The notes: generated by a model from the letters alone, not told the origin. A stretch of 64,000 nucleotides of DNA from Aureliella sp. (GCA_963691875.1 OY829846.1:2976001-3040000), one strand, 5' to 3'; counted from the first letter of the stretch, positions 30,961 through 44,244 are shown. Numbers and translations: made by a program.

Positions 30961-33900
30961 TTACTCAATGACCATCAAAAGGTCTCCCGACTCGACTTGC
31001 GATCCAGACTTGATGTGAATCTGCTGCACGGTTCCACCTTTGTCCGCTGAGATGGTCGTTTCCATTTTCATGGCCTCAAGAGTCACCAACTTGTCGCCCT
31101 TGCTGACCTTGTCACCCTGGTTTGCCGCCACTGCGATGACCATTCCGGGCATGCTGGCTGCGACATGAGTCGAGTCAGCAGGATCTGCCTTGAGGGCCTG
31201 GCTTGGAGCGTTGTCCAGAGTCTGGTCGATCACTTCGATTTCTCGCGGCTGTCCATTTAGTTCGAAGAAAACGGTTCGCGTGCCGTCGGGCTTGGGTTGG
31301 CCTACGGCGAGGAAGCGGATGATGAGCGTCTTGCCTTCCTCAATATCGACGGCAATTTCTTCGCCTGGCTCCAAGCCATAGAAGAAATGCGGCGTTGGCA
31401 GGATACTAACATCTCCGTGCACCTTGCGATGCTCGATGTAATCCTCGTAAACCTTCGGATAGAGAACGTGTGTCACGCTCTCGCGCTGAAGCGGATCTTG
31501 ACCCAGAAGTTCTTCCAACTGCTTACCCGTAGCATCAAAATCAGCGGGAGGCATTGTTGCGCCTGGACGTCCGGTAACGACCGGGCGATCCTGCAGCACG
31601 GCATCTTGCACTTCCTTCGGAAATCCTCCTGGAGGCTGGCCCATCATGCCGCCAAGTAGATCGATCACGGACGCCGGCGCGGCCAAGTCCTTCTCGGTCT
31701 TGAGCACATCATCTACCGTCAATTCTCCAGCGACCATGAACAAAGCCATGTCCCCAACGGCTTTCGAAGTCGGCGTGACTTTCACGATGTCACCAAACAT
31801 ACGGTTCACGTCGGCATAAACTTTACAGACTTCCGTCCATCGATCCGACAAGCCGAGTGCGCGAGCTTGCTGGTACAAGTTCGTGTACTGGCCACCGGGC
31901 ATCTCGTGATCATACAGATCGCCTCCGGCCGCCAAAGCCTCGCTCTCGAAGGGCAGGTAGAATTCGCGAACAGCCTTCCAGTAGGTTGCTAACTGAGAAA
32001 GCACTTCGGTGGAAAGCGCGCTGTCACGCTCGCTGAATCGCAGTGACTCCACCAAAGTATTGATGTTCACCTGCGAGGTTCCGCCAGACAAGGATGAAAT
32101 CGCAGCATCTGCGATATCCAGGTCTTCTTCGGCGGCGGCCAGAATGGAGGCAGCCTGGATTCCCGCCGTGTCGTGTGTGTGAAAGTGAATCGGGATGCCA
32201 ACTTCCTGCTTGAGCGCGCGGACGAGTTGCCTCGCAGCCTCAGGCTTCAGGAGGCCAGCCATGTCCTTGATCGCCAAGATATGAGCTCCCATCTTCTCCA
32301 GCTGCTTAGCCAGATCGACGTAGTACTGCAAATTGTACTTCTGGCGGCCTGGATTGAGGATATCACCTGTGTAGCAAATCGATGCTTCGCATATCGCGCC
32401 GCTATCAACGACGGCTTCCATCGCGATCTGCATATTTTCGATCCAGTTCAAGGCATCGAACACGCGGAAGACATCGACTCCAGCATCGGCCGCTTCCCGG
32501 ACGAAGACTTTGACAACGTTGTCCGGATAGTTTGTATAGCCGACCGCATTGCTTGCTCGGAGCAACATCTGGAATAAAATGTTGGGTACTTTCTCACGCA
32601 TCTGCGTCAGACGCAGCCAAGGACTTTCTTTCAGGAAACGCATCGATGTATCGAAAGTAGCTCCACCCCACATCTCCAGCGAGAAGAACTGACTAGCAGA
32701 TCGCGAATAGGTCTCAGCGATCTGCAGCATGTCGTAGGTCCGCAGACGCGTCGCTAAAAGCGATTGGTGCGCGTCACGCATCGTCGTGTCGGTAAGCAGT
32801 AGGCTCTTCTCGTTGCGAATCCAATCGCCAAACTTTTCTGGGCCGAGCTCTTTGAACCAATCGCGACTACCCTTCGGAAGCGGATCGGTGGCACTGACTT
32901 CTGGGATCGGAGCGGGTTCGCGTCGCAATGCAACAGGGCGGTCCTTGACAAGTTCATTTCCGTTGACGAGGACATTGGCCAAGTAACGTAACAGTCGCGT
33001 GGCACGATCGCGGCGTGGTTGCAACTCAAACAAGTTTGGCGTGTCGTCGATCAGTCGAGTGGTTGCTTCGCCTCTCAGAAACTGATCGTTCTGAATCATC
33101 TGAGTTAAGAACGGAATATTGGTTTTCACGCCGCGGATTCGGAACTCCTGCAAACAGCGATCCATCCGAGAGGCTGCTTCTCGCAGGGTGCGCCCACGAG
33201 CCGAGACTTTCACCAGCATCGAATCGTAAAAGGGATTCACGACCGCGCCGCTAAAGGCACTGCCTGCATCCAAACGAATTCCCAAGCCGCCAGCGCTGCG
33301 GTAATGCGTGATACGTCCATAGTCGGGGCGGAATTGGTTCACAGGATCCTCCGTTGTGACACGGCATTGCATCGCAAAGCCAGTCACGGCGATGTCTTCC
33401 TGAGTGGGAAGTTGGACTTCAGCGTCACCCAGCTTGTGCCCCATGGAGACAAGTATCTGAGCGCGCACGAGGTCGATCCCCGTGACTTCTTCAGTGACCG
33501 TGTGCTCGACTTGAATCCGCGGATTGACTTCGATGAAGTAGAACTTGGATTCGTCTGTGTCGTACAAAAACTCAACCGTGCCCGCCGCGCGATAACCCAC
33601 TGCATTACCAATTTCCAAAGCAGCTTGATGTAGTTCGTCGGCGATTTTCGGGTCTAGATTGGGAGCCGGTGCAAGTTCGACAACTTTCTGATGTCGACGC
33701 TGTACCGAGCAATCGCGTTCGTGTAGGTGAATCAAATTGCCGTGCGAATCGCCGAGGAGCTGGACTTCCAAGTGACGAGCGCGTCGGACCAACTTTTCGA
33801 CGAAAACCTCATTGCTGCCGAACGCAGTCAAGGATTCGCGCTGGGCGGACTCTAGCGCGGGCCCAAGTTCGGCTTCGTTGTCCACCATCCGCATGCCGCG

Positions 33901-34404
33901 GCCGCCGCCGCCCTTGGCCGCTTTGAGCATCACAGGATACCCCATCTCGGCTGCCAGCTTTTTCGCTTCATCGAACCCGCTAACAGCTTCCGAGCTGCCA
34001 GGAAGAACAGGAACGCCGGCTTTCATCGCGATGTCTCGTGCCGAAACCTTGTCGCCCAATTGATTCAGTGCATCGATGCTCGGACCAACGAAGGTCACAC
34101 CTGCCTCTTCCAGAGCGGTGGCGAAGTGTGGGTTTTCCGATAAGAAACCGTACCCCGGATGCACTGCATCGACGTCGTAACGCTTACACAGTTCGACGAT
34201 CCCCGCAATATCGAGATACGAACGAATGGGCTCACCCGGCTTGCCGATTTGGTAGGACTCGTCGGCCTTGAATCGGTGCAATGCGAAGCGGTCTTCGTGC
34301 GAGTAGATCGCAACAGTTCGGATTCCGAGTTCGTGGGCGGAACGGCAAACGCGAGTAGCGATTTCGCTGCGGTTGGCGACGAGTAACTTGCGAATTGCAT
34401 TCAT
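30961..34404 (-). CDS. pyc: Pyruvate carboxylase
   Basis: Biotin carboxylase (ANRSEIA, HPGYGFLSEN, RDCSVQRRHQK), carboxyltransferase (RDAHQSL, HFHTHDT) and the biotin carrier motif EAMKME. Confidence 0.98.
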   Translation of the reverse strand: MNAIRKLLVANRSEIATRVCRSAHELGIRTVAIYSHEDRFALHRFKADESYQIGKPGEPIRSYLDIAGIVELCKRYDVDAVHPGYGFLSENPHFATALEEAGVTFVGPSIDALNQLGDKVSARDIAMKAGVPVLPGSSEAVSGFDEAKKLAAEMGYPVMLKAAKGGGGRGMRMVDNEAELGPALESAQRESLTAFGSNEVFVEKLVRRARHLEVQLLGDSHGNLIHLHERDCSVQRRHQKVVELAPAPNLDPKIADELHQAALEIGNAVGYRAAGTVEFLYDTDESKFYFIEVNPRIQVEHTVTEEVTGIDLVRAQILVSMGHKLGDAEVQLPTQEDIAVTGFAMQCRVTTEDPVNQFRPDYGRITHYRSAGGLGIRLDAGSAFSGAVVNPFYDSMLVKVSARGRTLREAASRMDRCLQEFRIRGVKTNIPFLTQMIQNDQFLRGEATTRLIDDTPNLFELQPRRDRATRLLRYLANVLVNGNELVKDRPVALRREPAPIPEVSATDPLPKGSRDWFKELGPEKFGDWIRNEKSLLLTDTTMRDAHQSLLATRLRTYDMLQIAETYSRSASQFFSLEMWGGATFDTSMRFLKESPWLRLTQMREKVPNILFQMLLRASNAVGYTNYPDNVVKVFVREAADAGVDVFRVFDALNWIENMQIAMEAVVDSGAICEASICYTGDILNPGRQKYNLQYYVDLAKQLEKMGAHILAIKDMAGLLKPEAARQLVRALKQEVGIPIHFHTHDTAGIQAASILAAAEEDLDIADAAISSLSGGTSQVNINTLVESLRFSERDSALSTEVLSQLATYWKAVREFYLPFESEALAAGGDLYDHEMPGGQYTNLYQQARALGLSDRWTEVCKVYADVNRMFGDIVKVTPTSKAVGDMALFMVAGELTVDDVLKTEKDLAAPASVIDLLGGMMGQPPGGFPKEVQDAVLQDRPVVTGRPGATMPPADFDATGKQLEELLGQDPLQRESVTHVLYPKVYEDYIEHRKVHGDVSILPTPHFFYGLEPGEEIAVDIEEGKTLIIRFLAVGQPKPDGTRTVFFELNGQPREIEVIDQTLDNAPSQALKADPADSTHVAASMPGMVIAVAANQGDKVSKGDKLVTLEAMKMETTISADKGGTVQQIHIKSGSQVESGDLLMVIE

Positions 34405-34653
34405 GCGAGCGACTTTCGATTCGTAGTCGAGGTTAGGGGCGGATTTGGGCGAGTGCTATCTGGATCTGGGCGATTTTGAATCGCCAATAAAGAGGCAGGG
34501 TCGACAAACGCGAGGCCAAGGTCAGGCCAGTTTAGAACTTGACCACTGGAATGGGTAGATACCTGAAAGGAGTCGGCCTTTCGAGGCTCGTATTGTGCCA
34601 ACACAAAATTACCAGAGCTAATAAATGAGCTCGCAGGCAGATGTCAGTGTCAT

Positions 34654-34740
34654 GTAGGCCGTAACGAGCGTAGCCCTGTCACCGCGGTGATCCGTTGATA
34701 TCTTGACGGTGCCGCAACAGCGCTGCGCTCATTACGGACT
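34654..34740. repeat. GTAG-type REP pair (degenerate)
   Basis: GTAGGCCGTAACGAGCGTAGCCCTGT ... ACAGCGCTGCGCTCATTACGGACT, imperfect inverted arms starting with GTAG. Confidence 0.7.
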
Positions 34741-34759
34741 GAGTTGGATCAGCGATACT

Positions 34760-36706
34760 CTAGCCGCGAATAATTTCGCGTTCCCGAAGAAGTTGCAACA
34801 CTTGTTCGACACATTCTTCGACAGACTTGTCCGCAGTGTTCAGCTTCAAGTCTGGCGACGCAGGAGTTTCGTATTCGGTTCCCGCGCCTGGCAACTTAGG
34901 TATTTTGCCTTGCTCGGCTTCCGCGTAATGTCCACGTGGATCGCGCTCCTGGCAAACTTCGAGCGGAGCCTCGCAATGTACAAGAATAAAACGTCCGTCG
35001 CCGATCAAACTCGCCGCTCGACTGCGAACTTCCTCGCCCGGTGCGATCAAAGCAGCTAAACACACGAAACCGTTTTCGTTTAGTAGTCGAGCCATCTGAG
35101 CACATCGGCGTAAGTTTTCAGATCGATCTTCCAAGGAGAATCCTAGGTCGCGACTCAAACCACGTCGCAGGTCCTCGCCGTCGAGGACGACTGACGTTCG
35201 GCCGAGATCAAAGAGCGCCCTTTCCACACCGCGCGCGATGGTGGTCTTTCCACTGCCGCTTAGGCCTGTCAGCAGCACCGTTGCTGGCTTCTGCCCAAAT
35301 CTGGCCTCGCGTTCTTCTGATGTGACGACTTGGATCGAATCATCCTGAGTCGAGCTGGCCGAATCGTCAATCTCCCAAGGAGCCAAGGCGTCCTTCGTCT
35401 CAGCTTCCCGAGCGGTGATCATTCCCGCAGCAACCGTTACGTTAGAAATGCGGTCCACGATGATAAACGCGCCCGTGGATCGATTTCGGCGGTAGGCATC
35501 AAAGTAGAGTGGTTGGCTCAAGGCAATGCGACAGCGACCGATCTCGTTTAACTGCAGGTCCGGCGCTGGCGAGCGGTGCATCGTATTGACATCCACGCGA
35601 TAACGCAGAGACTCGATCTGCCCCGCTGTGGTCTGTGTGGTTTGTTTGAAAAGATAAGTTTTTCCGGGCACCATTGCTTCGGGACTCATCCAAACTAGCA
35701 TCGCATCAATCGCATTGGACTGCTTCGGCACATTTCCAGGTCGGACAATCATGTCACCGCGGCTGCAGTCGATCTCATCCTCCAGAGTCAGTGTTACAGA
35801 CTGGGGCGTGAATGCCTCTTCGACTTCGCCCTCGTAGGTGACGATACTCTTTACCTTGCTCTTCTGCTTCGAAGGCAGAACCATGATCTCTTCGCCGACA
35901 CGGACAATGCCGGATGCGACGGTACCGCAAAAACCACGGAAGTCGAGGTTGGGCCGATTGACATACTGAACCGGAAATCGGAAGTCTTCGAAGTTGCGAT
36001 CCGACCCGATGTTGACGGTCTCCAGGAAGCTCATCAAAGTGCTTCCGTCGTACCAAGGCATGTTCTCGCTGCGATCGACGACATTATCTCCGTTGAGCGC
36101 TGAGAGTGGAATGAAGTGCAAATCAGGCAGATCCAAACGGTTCGAAAACGCCTTGTAGTCCGCACAGATCTCTTCAAAGCGGTCTTCGCTGAAGTCAACG
36201 AGGTCCATCTTGTTGACCGTCACCACCACATGCCGAATACCCAGCAGGGAGACCAGGAAACTGTGCCGCTTGGTCTGCGTGAGCACACCGTGCCGCGCGT
36301 CAATCAGAATCACAGCCAAGTCAGCCGTGGACGCACCTGTGGCCATGTTGCGAGTATATTCCTCGTGGCCGGGTGTATCGGCGATGATGAACTTACGCTT
36401 TGCAGTGGAGAAGTAACGGTAGGCAACATCGATCGTAATGCCTTGCTCACGTTCTGCCTTGAGTCCATCGGTCACGAGTGCGGGATCGAATCCTCCGCCC
36501 GTGGTGCCGTGTACTTTCGATTCATCTTCTAGTTGTGCCAGCTGGTCCTCGTAGAGCATCTTCGAGTCGAAAAGGAGCCGCCCAATCAGCGTACTCTTTC
36601 CGTCATCCACGCTGCCGCAAGTAATGAAACGCAAGAGCTCCTTGCGCTCATGCTGGGCCAAGTAGGCATCGATGTCCGTGGCAATTAGATCGCTTTGATG
36701 ACTCAT
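34760..36706 (-). CDS. cysNC: Bifunctional sulfate adenylyltransferase subunit 1 / APS kinase (CysN-CysC)
   Basis: [30 protein letters not shown] and NKMD; C-terminal [14 protein letters not shown] and RSENLRR. Confidence 0.96.
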   Translation of the reverse strand: MSHQSDLIATDIDAYLAQHERKELLRFITCGSVDDGKSTLIGRLLFDSKMLYEDQLAQLEDESKVHGTTGGGFDPALVTDGLKAEREQGITIDVAYRYFSTAKRKFIIADTPGHEEYTRNMATGASTADLAVILIDARHGVLTQTKRHSFLVSLLGIRHVVVTVNKMDLVDFSEDRFEEICADYKAFSNRLDLPDLHFIPLSALNGDNVVDRSENMPWYDGSTLMSFLETVNIGSDRNFEDFRFPVQYVNRPNLDFRGFCGTVASGIVRVGEEIMVLPSKQKSKVKSIVTYEGEVEEAFTPQSVTLTLEDEIDCSRGDMIVRPGNVPKQSNAIDAMLVWMSPEAMVPGKTYLFKQTTQTTAGQIESLRYRVDVNTMHRSPAPDLQLNEIGRCRIALSQPLYFDAYRRNRSTGAFIIVDRISNVTVAAGMITAREAETKDALAPWEIDDSASSTQDDSIQVVTSEEREARFGQKPATVLLTGLSGSGKTTIARGVERALFDLGRTSVVLDGEDLRRGLSRDLGFSLEDRSENLRRCAQMARLLNENGFVCLAALIAPGEEVRSRAASLIGDGRFILVHCEAPLEVCQERDPRGHYAEAEQGKIPKLPGAGTEYETPASPDLKLNTADKSVEECVEQVLQLLREREIIRG

Positions 36707-36781
36707 GCTTTTTTACTCGCAGTTGCTGCGAAATGATTCTGTTTGAGTGACTGACGCGTAGAGACGGAAAGGAGCTTGATG

Positions 36782-37693
36782 TTAGAAGTAACCTTCCATC
36801 TTTTTCTTTTCCATTCCGGCACCTCCTGCGTCACGGTCGATCACGCGACCTTGGCGTTCGCTGGTGCGGGCGAGCAACATCTCTTGGATAATCTCAGGCA
36901 GTGTGGCGGCCTTGGACTCGACGGCTCCAGTCAGCGGATAGCAGCCAAGTGTACGAAAGCGAACGAACCTCTTTTCCAGCTTCTCGCCCTCGCGGAGTTG
37001 CAAGCGGTCGTCGTCTTTCATGATCAGCGTTCCATCGCGGTCGACGACTTCGCGCTCGGCCGACAAGTAAAGCGGAACGATCGGGATCTTCTCCAGGTGG
37101 ATATACTGCCAAACGTCGAGCTCTGTCCAGTTGCTGAGTGGGAAGACTCGGATACTCTCGCCTTGATTCACTTTGGCGTTATAGAGATTCCAAAGTTCTG
37201 GTCGCTGGTTCTTGGGGTCCCAGCGATGGAACTTGTCCCGGAAGGAGAAAACGCGTTCTTTAGCGCGGGACTTTTCTTCGTCACGACGAGCACCACCAAA
37301 GGCCGCGTCGAAACCGTACTTATTGAGCGCCATCTTGAGCGAGTCAGTCTTCATGACTTCAGTGTGCTTGTCGCTGTTCTCAGAAGGATCGATACCTAGC
37401 TTTTTGCCTTCTTCGTTGATGTGGACGTGCAAATCGAGGCCGAGTTCTTCACGAGCGTAGTTCTCGCGAAACTCAATCATCTCACGAAACTTCCAAGTCG
37501 TATCGACGTGCAAGAACGGAAACGGCGGCTTGTCAGGATAGAAAGCCTTGAGTGCCAAGTGAGTCATGACCGACGAGTCCTTGCCGATCGAATAAAGCAT
37601 GACCGGATTCGTGAATTCTGCCGCGACTTCACGAATGATATGAATACTCTCTGCCTCAAGAAGCTTCAGGTGCGTGAGCGAATAGGCGGACAT
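36782..37693 (-). CDS. cysD: Sulfate adenylyltransferase subunit 2
   Basis: [41 protein letters not shown] and a C-terminal EGYF. Confidence 0.98.
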   Translation of the reverse strand: MSAYSLTHLKLLEAESIHIIREVAAEFTNPVMLYSIGKDSSVMTHLALKAFYPDKPPFPFLHVDTTWKFREMIEFRENYAREELGLDLHVHINEEGKKLGIDPSENSDKHTEVMKTDSLKMALNKYGFDAAFGGARRDEEKSRAKERVFSFRDKFHRWDPKNQRPELWNLYNAKVNQGESIRVFPLSNWTELDVWQYIHLEKIPIVPLYLSAEREVVDRDGTLIMKDDDRLQLREGEKLEKRFVRFRTLGCYPLTGAVESKAATLPEIIQEMLLARTSERQGRVIDRDAGGAGMEKKKMEGYF

Positions 37694-37864
37694 AGAATGA
37701 CTTTGTCAGGTGAAGTTTTCGTGTTCGGTTGTTGATGTTTGCCTTTGAATCTCGCGACTAAGGCACAACCCGACGCTTGCGTGCGTCTCGCCTGCTTTCA
37801 GAACCGCAAGAGCACTACGCTCGTAGCTGCACACGTTGAACGCGATTTGCTAGCGTTACAATTG

Positions 37865-38551
37865 CTAGCTAGAACGCTTGCGGTCGATCTGCAGGATGAC
37901 TGACTCCGATTCGGTACCAGGCATAGGGTAGCTATCGACTATTCGGAGTTCTAAGTTTGCTAACAAACCGCGATGTCTTGCTTCGGCTCGTTCTTCGACC
38001 CATCGTGGACCTTTGATTGCAAGCAATCGATCGAAGCTTAGCCAATGGTCCTCAAGCCAGCCGAGCAATTTCGCGATACTTCCAACAGCGCGAGTTACCA
38101 AGCTGTGATATCGCATGTCGTCAACAACTAACTGTACTCTGCTGCTATAGACAGCAATGGGTAAGTCGAGTCGCTTGACGATATCTTGAACAACTCTGAT
38201 TTTCTTTTCTACGCTGTCGCAGACGCTCATTTCTAGATCGGGCCGTAATATTGCCAGCAAAAGGCCGGGGACTCCGCCGCCTGTGCCGACATCGAGCACT
38301 TCTTCGTTCTGCTCTAGCTGTTTTGCCAATCGCCAGCTATCGAGCAAGTCGCGTCGGGCGAACAAGTCGTAGTTAGTGTGTCGCGTAAGGTTGATCTTCT
38401 CGTTCCACTCCCAGAGAGTGGAGCAGTAAGTTTCAAGCTGAGTCAATTGCTCGGGCGGTACCTCGAGCTCGAGGCGATCGAGCGCTTCCTGCAAAGTCTG
38501 GCTTGGGTTCATTTCAGTTTCTTGCATCGAATTCACTTGGTTTGGTTCCAT
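37865..38551 (-). CDS. rsmG: 16S rRNA m7G527 methyltransferase
   Basis: WNEKINLT, DVGTGGGVPG, TRAV and AIKG. Confidence 0.93.
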   Translation of the reverse strand: MEPNQVNSMQETEMNPSQTLQEALDRLELEVPPEQLTQLETYCSTLWEWNEKINLTRHTNYDLFARRDLLDSWRLAKQLEQNEEVLDVGTGGGVPGLLLAILRPDLEMSVCDSVEKKIRVVQDIVKRLDLPIAVYSSRVQLVVDDMRYHSLVTRAVGSIAKLLGWLEDHWLSFDRLLAIKGPRWVEERAEARHRGLLANLELRIVDSYPMPGTESESVILQIDRKRSS

Positions 38552-38605
38552 CGTGGAGGTCGCCAGAAATCGCGGATGAAACCAGCGAATCCTACTACGC
38601 TCGCT

Positions 38606-39292
38606 TTAGCTGCCCAATAGCCACTTTCGGACAGCTTGCGTGTTGCTCAGGTCCTGCAGCACGTGGTCGGCGCCGGCCTCAGCCAATTCCATTTCCGAAA
38701 AGCCCCCCGTGCACACTGCCAGACTTCGGAGCCTCATGCGTTGCGCCAACTCGATATCGAGTGGTGTGTCCCCAATGACCACTCCGTCGAACTCGTCTCG
38801 CTTCAATTTTGATTGAATGATATTCCGGGCGGGCTCCGCAAGATTTGGACGTTGAGCCGCCAAGTCACCGTAGATTCCGAACTCGAAGTAGTCCCACAGC
38901 CCGTAATGCCGCATTTTGATCTCAGCGGATTCTGGCATGTTGCCGGTCATCAGGGCAAGATGACAGCCTTCAATGTCTTGAAGGGCCTTAAGTAGCCGTT
39001 CCACTCCAGGAAGTAGCCGACCTTGGCGTTGCTCCAACTCGGCGGGCAGGAGCCGATAATAGTGCTGGCAGAGTCTCGCGCGATTTTGATCGCTGGGTTC
39101 GATTCCCTGACTTTCGAGCAGTTCTGTCGTGATTCCCAAGTCCGTTCGCCCGTGGAGAGGGACTTGGTCAGCTGAATCAAGGCCGAACTCGGCCACCAAA
39201 GCGTTCAACAACGCTCCCCCTCCAGCCCCACCGGAATTGGCGAGCGTCCCATCGATATCAAATAGCAAGACGTTGGGTTTTGAGTCGAGCAT
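38606..39292 (-). CDS. HAD-superfamily hydrolase
   Basis: LLFDIDGTL, GRTD, TGN and IGDTPLDI. Confidence 0.92.
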   Translation of the reverse strand: MLDSKPNVLLFDIDGTLANSGGAGGGALLNALVAEFGLDSADQVPLHGRTDLGITTELLESQGIEPSDQNRARLCQHYYRLLPAELEQRQGRLLPGVERLLKALQDIEGCHLALMTGNMPESAEIKMRHYGLWDYFEFGIYGDLAAQRPNLAEPARNIIQSKLKRDEFDGVVIGDTPLDIELAQRMRLRSLAVCTGGFSEMELAEAGADHVLQDLSNTQAVRKWLLGS

Positions 39293-39566
39293 CTAGGCTG
39301 TTATTAACTCTCTGAATTTAAAATCCTGCCGTGAGCCATTACGTTTTATTCCTTTTAGCGATCTTATCTAGTCAACAAAGTCATTTTCTTGCTTCGGGCG
39401 AGCACCATACGCCATTAGGCTTGGCGGTAACGGAGAGTCCCCAAACGCCCAAGAAGCTCGGGATATTTTTAACGAATGCTAAGACTGGGGGAGCGGTCGT
39501 TGACTTGGAAAAGATTTCCTAAAGACTTCCGCGGGGGCAAATCTTCTCGTTTTGGTAACACGCGAT

Positions 39567-39582
39567 TGGCACAGCCTTTGCT
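39567..39582 (+). promoter_or_regulatory. Sigma54 (-24/-12) promoter for groES-groEL
   Basis: TGGCACAGCCTTTGCT: GG 39568-39569 and GC 39580-39581 at canonical spacing, close to the TGGCACG-N4-TTGCW consensus. Confidence 0.8.
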
Positions 39583-39886
39583 ACTCATCACGAACCATCG
39601 TAAGGCGTGCCTTTTTGACCGGCTCACGGTCTAGCCGCAGGTCGCTTTGGCAGGCTCCTGTCCGCGATGGTTAAGGGTGTCGCGACGTCGGCATGCGGCC
39701 TTTTCGATGACACGTAGACAATGCGTGCCCCACGGCCAGAGAGAACTGTAGAGCGATTTGCAGTTTCCCTCTTCCGAGGAATCAATACAGTTTTGCAGAC
39801 AAATCCTGCATGGGATAAACCACCGTCAGTCTTGAAGACTGTCGAAATTGAATAGAACCTACCCTGAATCCAGAGGAGTGCCGCTC

Positions 39887-40204
39887 ATGGCGACGGCTAC
39901 AAAGAAAAAGGCGAAAGTCAATCTCCAGCCACTCGGCGATCGCATCGTAGTGGAACGTGATCAAGGCAACGAAAAGACCGAAGGCGGTATCTACTTGCCA
40001 GACAGCGCCAAGGACAAGCCAACTCGTGGCACGATCGTAGCCGTCGGCGACGGAAAGCTGCTCGAAGATGGCAGTCGCTCCGAATTGCAAGTCAAAGTTG
40101 GCGACCAAGTTCTCTTCACCAGCTACGCTGGCGAGAACATCGAAATTGGTGACGTCGAGTACTTGCTGATGAGCGAAGGTGACGTTCTGGCTGTCATTGA
40201 GTAA
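39887..40204 (+). CDS. groES: Co-chaperonin GroES
   Basis: [23 protein letters not shown] and VKVGDQV; GAGGAG before ATG 39887. Confidence 0.97.
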   Translation: MATATKKKAKVNLQPLGDRIVVERDQGNEKTEGGIYLPDSAKDKPTRGTIVAVGDGKLLEDGSRSELQVKVGDQVLFTSYAGENIEIGDVEYLLMSEGDVLAVIE

Positions 40205-40223
40205 TTCTGCCCGCTCTTCCTGA

Positions 40224-41879
<1,656 letters not shown>

Positions 41880-41919
41880 GCGATCCATCGCAGTTAGACA
41901 TCTCGAACAAGCAAATTCC

Positions 41920-41956
41920 AAAAAGCGGCGAGCTACCAAAACTCGCCGCTTTTTTT
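41920..41956 (+). terminator. Intrinsic terminator after groEL (probably bidirectional)
   Basis: AAAAAGCGGCGAG-loop-CTCGCCGCTTTTTTT. Confidence 0.9.
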
Positions 41957-42162
41957 GCGCGCTGTTTTTTGCGCGCTTTGTCAGTATGTGTCGATATATC
42001 AGGCTTTAGCTTACACGCCTTAAACCCGATTCCTCTCGTCCGCCGACTCCTTCTTGTAAACTCTCGTCGGTAACAAACGAAATACGAAGACTTCTTATTT
42101 AGTCGAACCGTTCAACTCGCGCACCCAACGGTGTTGCTCTTGCTGCAGCTTCCCATCAACAC

Positions 42163-44223
42163 CTAGGGACGGCTGCCCAGTTTACTTCTCCACGCACTCA
42201 CTGAACGATTCCTCCTAGCAGCAGGCCAGTTCGGGTCAAAAGCTGGCCCCTTCGGATAAGCTTGCCAAAGGAACAGATGTGCGATACCACGCATGGAACT
42301 GCTGTTTGATTCCAGTGCGTTGAGCAGCATTTCGACCTGATTGCGTTGGTAATGCTCCTTATTGCGAACGCGACGAGCCAAGTCTCTGAAGTTGGGTGCG
42401 ATGCGTTGGTTCGGCGCCATTTGTTCTAGAGCTTGCCAAGTAGCACGATATCGCGGATCCCACTCCTCTAGGGAAACCAGTCGATTCCAGGCTGCAACAC
42501 GAAGAAATGGACGCTTGCTCGATGTGAGCCGCAAGAACTGTGAGCCCGCAAGGGAGACTTGCATTCGAGCGAGTGCAGCATAGACAGGTTGGTCTCTTTT
42601 GCTAATTGGTGAATCAAGAGAGGCGAACTTTCGAGCAATGGCTTGCATGATGTCCTGCTCGTCACCGATCATTTCTTTTACTCGCGTCGGCAACATGCCT
42701 TGAGAGCTATTAATCCAGCGTGGCAGTGTGCGCGAGTGATCCAAGGGAACAAGCTGTCCGTTGCGAGCGATGGCGAAAGATTCTGCGTTGAATGATTGGC
42801 CTCGAATGGCCAAGCTTCCTTGGCTTACCTGGATTCGCATTCCGTCCTTGGCGTAGTCGACTACCAACGAAGACCCTGGGTCAACTTTAAGCATGCCAAC
42901 GGTCCGCCCCAGCCCTCGCAGTTCAATAAGACTAGTCTTATTGAGGTTCATCAAAGCCACCGCTCCGTATTCGAGCTCCAACTGCGAGACTTCGGGTGCC
43001 AAGACGGAGGTGCTAAGTTTGACTCCAGAGTCAGGGCCGAGCACAAGACGAGCTGGCTTTGCGGTCGCTTCATTTGATTCCTTCGCAGCCGGCAAAAAGA
43101 CTGCTTGCGCCCTAGACTGCGGGAGTGTTCGAACGGTGATCGCCCCAAAATCCTCATTCGACCAAACAGGTGAATCCACTTGGATGCGTTGCCAGTTCGA
43201 AGAACGTGTGCTGGCTGAATCCGGAACCGAGTTCGCTCCCACCTTAGCACGCCGTGTTAAGAACCCGTCAATCTGTCTCCACTTCAGGCCTGCGATGAAA
43301 GTGCTCGGCTTGACCGGTGAGCCGTTTGCTGGCTTGACAGAACCTGGATTCGGCTTATCCGGTGCAGTGCCAGGTTCCAGCCCCGACTTATTCTCAACGA
43401 TAGCAGTTTCCGGTGTTAGATCGCTTGGAGTCGCCTCTGTCTCCGGTTGCGAACCATTGTCCTCCACTAGTATTGGCTGCGAGTCGGGAGTCCCAGATTC
43501 TTCTTCAGGATCTGGAGTGTCGCTAGCAAGCTCCGGTGCTTCAATGCGATCTTCCCCTCGGATTGGATCCTTATCGACAACAGTCTCATCTCCTTCTTGC
43601 CAAATCTGAAAACCAATAATTCCAACTGCAAGCAAAACGGCAGCAGCAGCAGCCAGCGCAAGCCAAGCCCCAGTTTTACCGGCGACCTGCTTTTGGTTCG
43701 GAGGCAGCGCGAGCTTGGTATCCAATTCCTGCTCCAGCTCCTCCTCATCGAACCTTGCCGTGGATCTTGGTAGCATTGAGTTCGCTTCAGCTCGCTGAGC
43801 AACGCTTGCGGCCGCCTGTTGGTTTGCGAACACAGCGGCTAAGTTTTTAGTCAGTGCAGGAGAAAGTGGTTTGGAAGGTTGCATCTGAGAAGCTCGCACA
43901 GATGCGATAATCTCAGCAAGTAAGCTATTGTCTGTCTTCAGTGCATTGCAAACCTTCTCGTTCCCAGAATCATCCAGCTCGCCATCGACGAAAGCGGCGA
44001 CTTGCCAGACCGGCAGGACCCCTTGAAACTCGCCACTTCCTGCGTTTTCGCGAATCTGCAACGCAACACGTGGCACTATCTCGCCGATCGGACTGGGCTG
44101 TCCATTCTCGGCAAGATCTGCTGCGAGCTCTTGCTGGATGCACTGGAGAATAGATTCGCGATTCACGGTTCTAATATGGCTTAGTGGTTTGGGCTTATTG
44201 TGCTTAAGAAACGTACTGTGCAT
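42163..44223 (-). CDS. Probable transmembrane anti-sigma factor-like protein
   Basis: Directly downstream of an ECF sigma gene; VAAFVDGELD anti-sigma-like motif, one TM helix (WLALAAAAAVLLAVGIIG), a Pro-rich linker and a FecR-like beta region. Confidence 0.7.
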   Translation of the reverse strand: MHSTFLKHNKPKPLSHIRTVNRESILQCIQQELAADLAENGQPSPIGEIVPRVALQIRENAGSGEFQGVLPVWQVAAFVDGELDDSGNEKVCNALKTDNSLLAEIIASVRASQMQPSKPLSPALTKNLAAVFANQQAAASVAQRAEANSMLPRSTARFDEEELEQELDTKLALPPNQKQVAGKTGAWLALAAAAAVLLAVGIIGFQIWQEGDETVVDKDPIRGEDRIEAPELASDTPDPEEESGTPDSQPILVEDNGSQPETEATPSDLTPETAIVENKSGLEPGTAPDKPNPGSVKPANGSPVKPSTFIAGLKWRQIDGFLTRRAKVGANSVPDSASTRSSNWQRIQVDSPVWSNEDFGAITVRTLPQSRAQAVFLPAAKESNEATAKPARLVLGPDSGVKLSTSVLAPEVSQLELEYGAVALMNLNKTSLIELRGLGRTVGMLKVDPGSSLVVDYAKDGMRIQVSQGSLAIRGQSFNAESFAIARNGQLVPLDHSRTLPRWINSSQGMLPTRVKEMIGDEQDIMQAIARKFASLDSPISKRDQPVYAALARMQVSLAGSQFLRLTSSKRPFLRVAAWNRLVSLEEWDPRYRATWQALEQMAPNQRIAPNFRDLARRVRNKEHYQRNQVEMLLNALESNSSSMRGIAHLFLWQAYPKGPAFDPNWPAARRNRSVSAWRSKLGSRP

Positions 44224-44244
44224 CAGCGATGCACGGGCTACGGG

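Noticed and set aside
34585..34600. Sigma54-like site upstream of pyc (minus strand TGGCACAATACGAGC)
   Set aside because: The GG/GC spacing fits but the -12 element is poor, so it cannot be supported by eye.
39300..39886. CIRCE element before groES
   Set aside because: No TTAGCACTC-N9-GAGTGCTAA match was seen.
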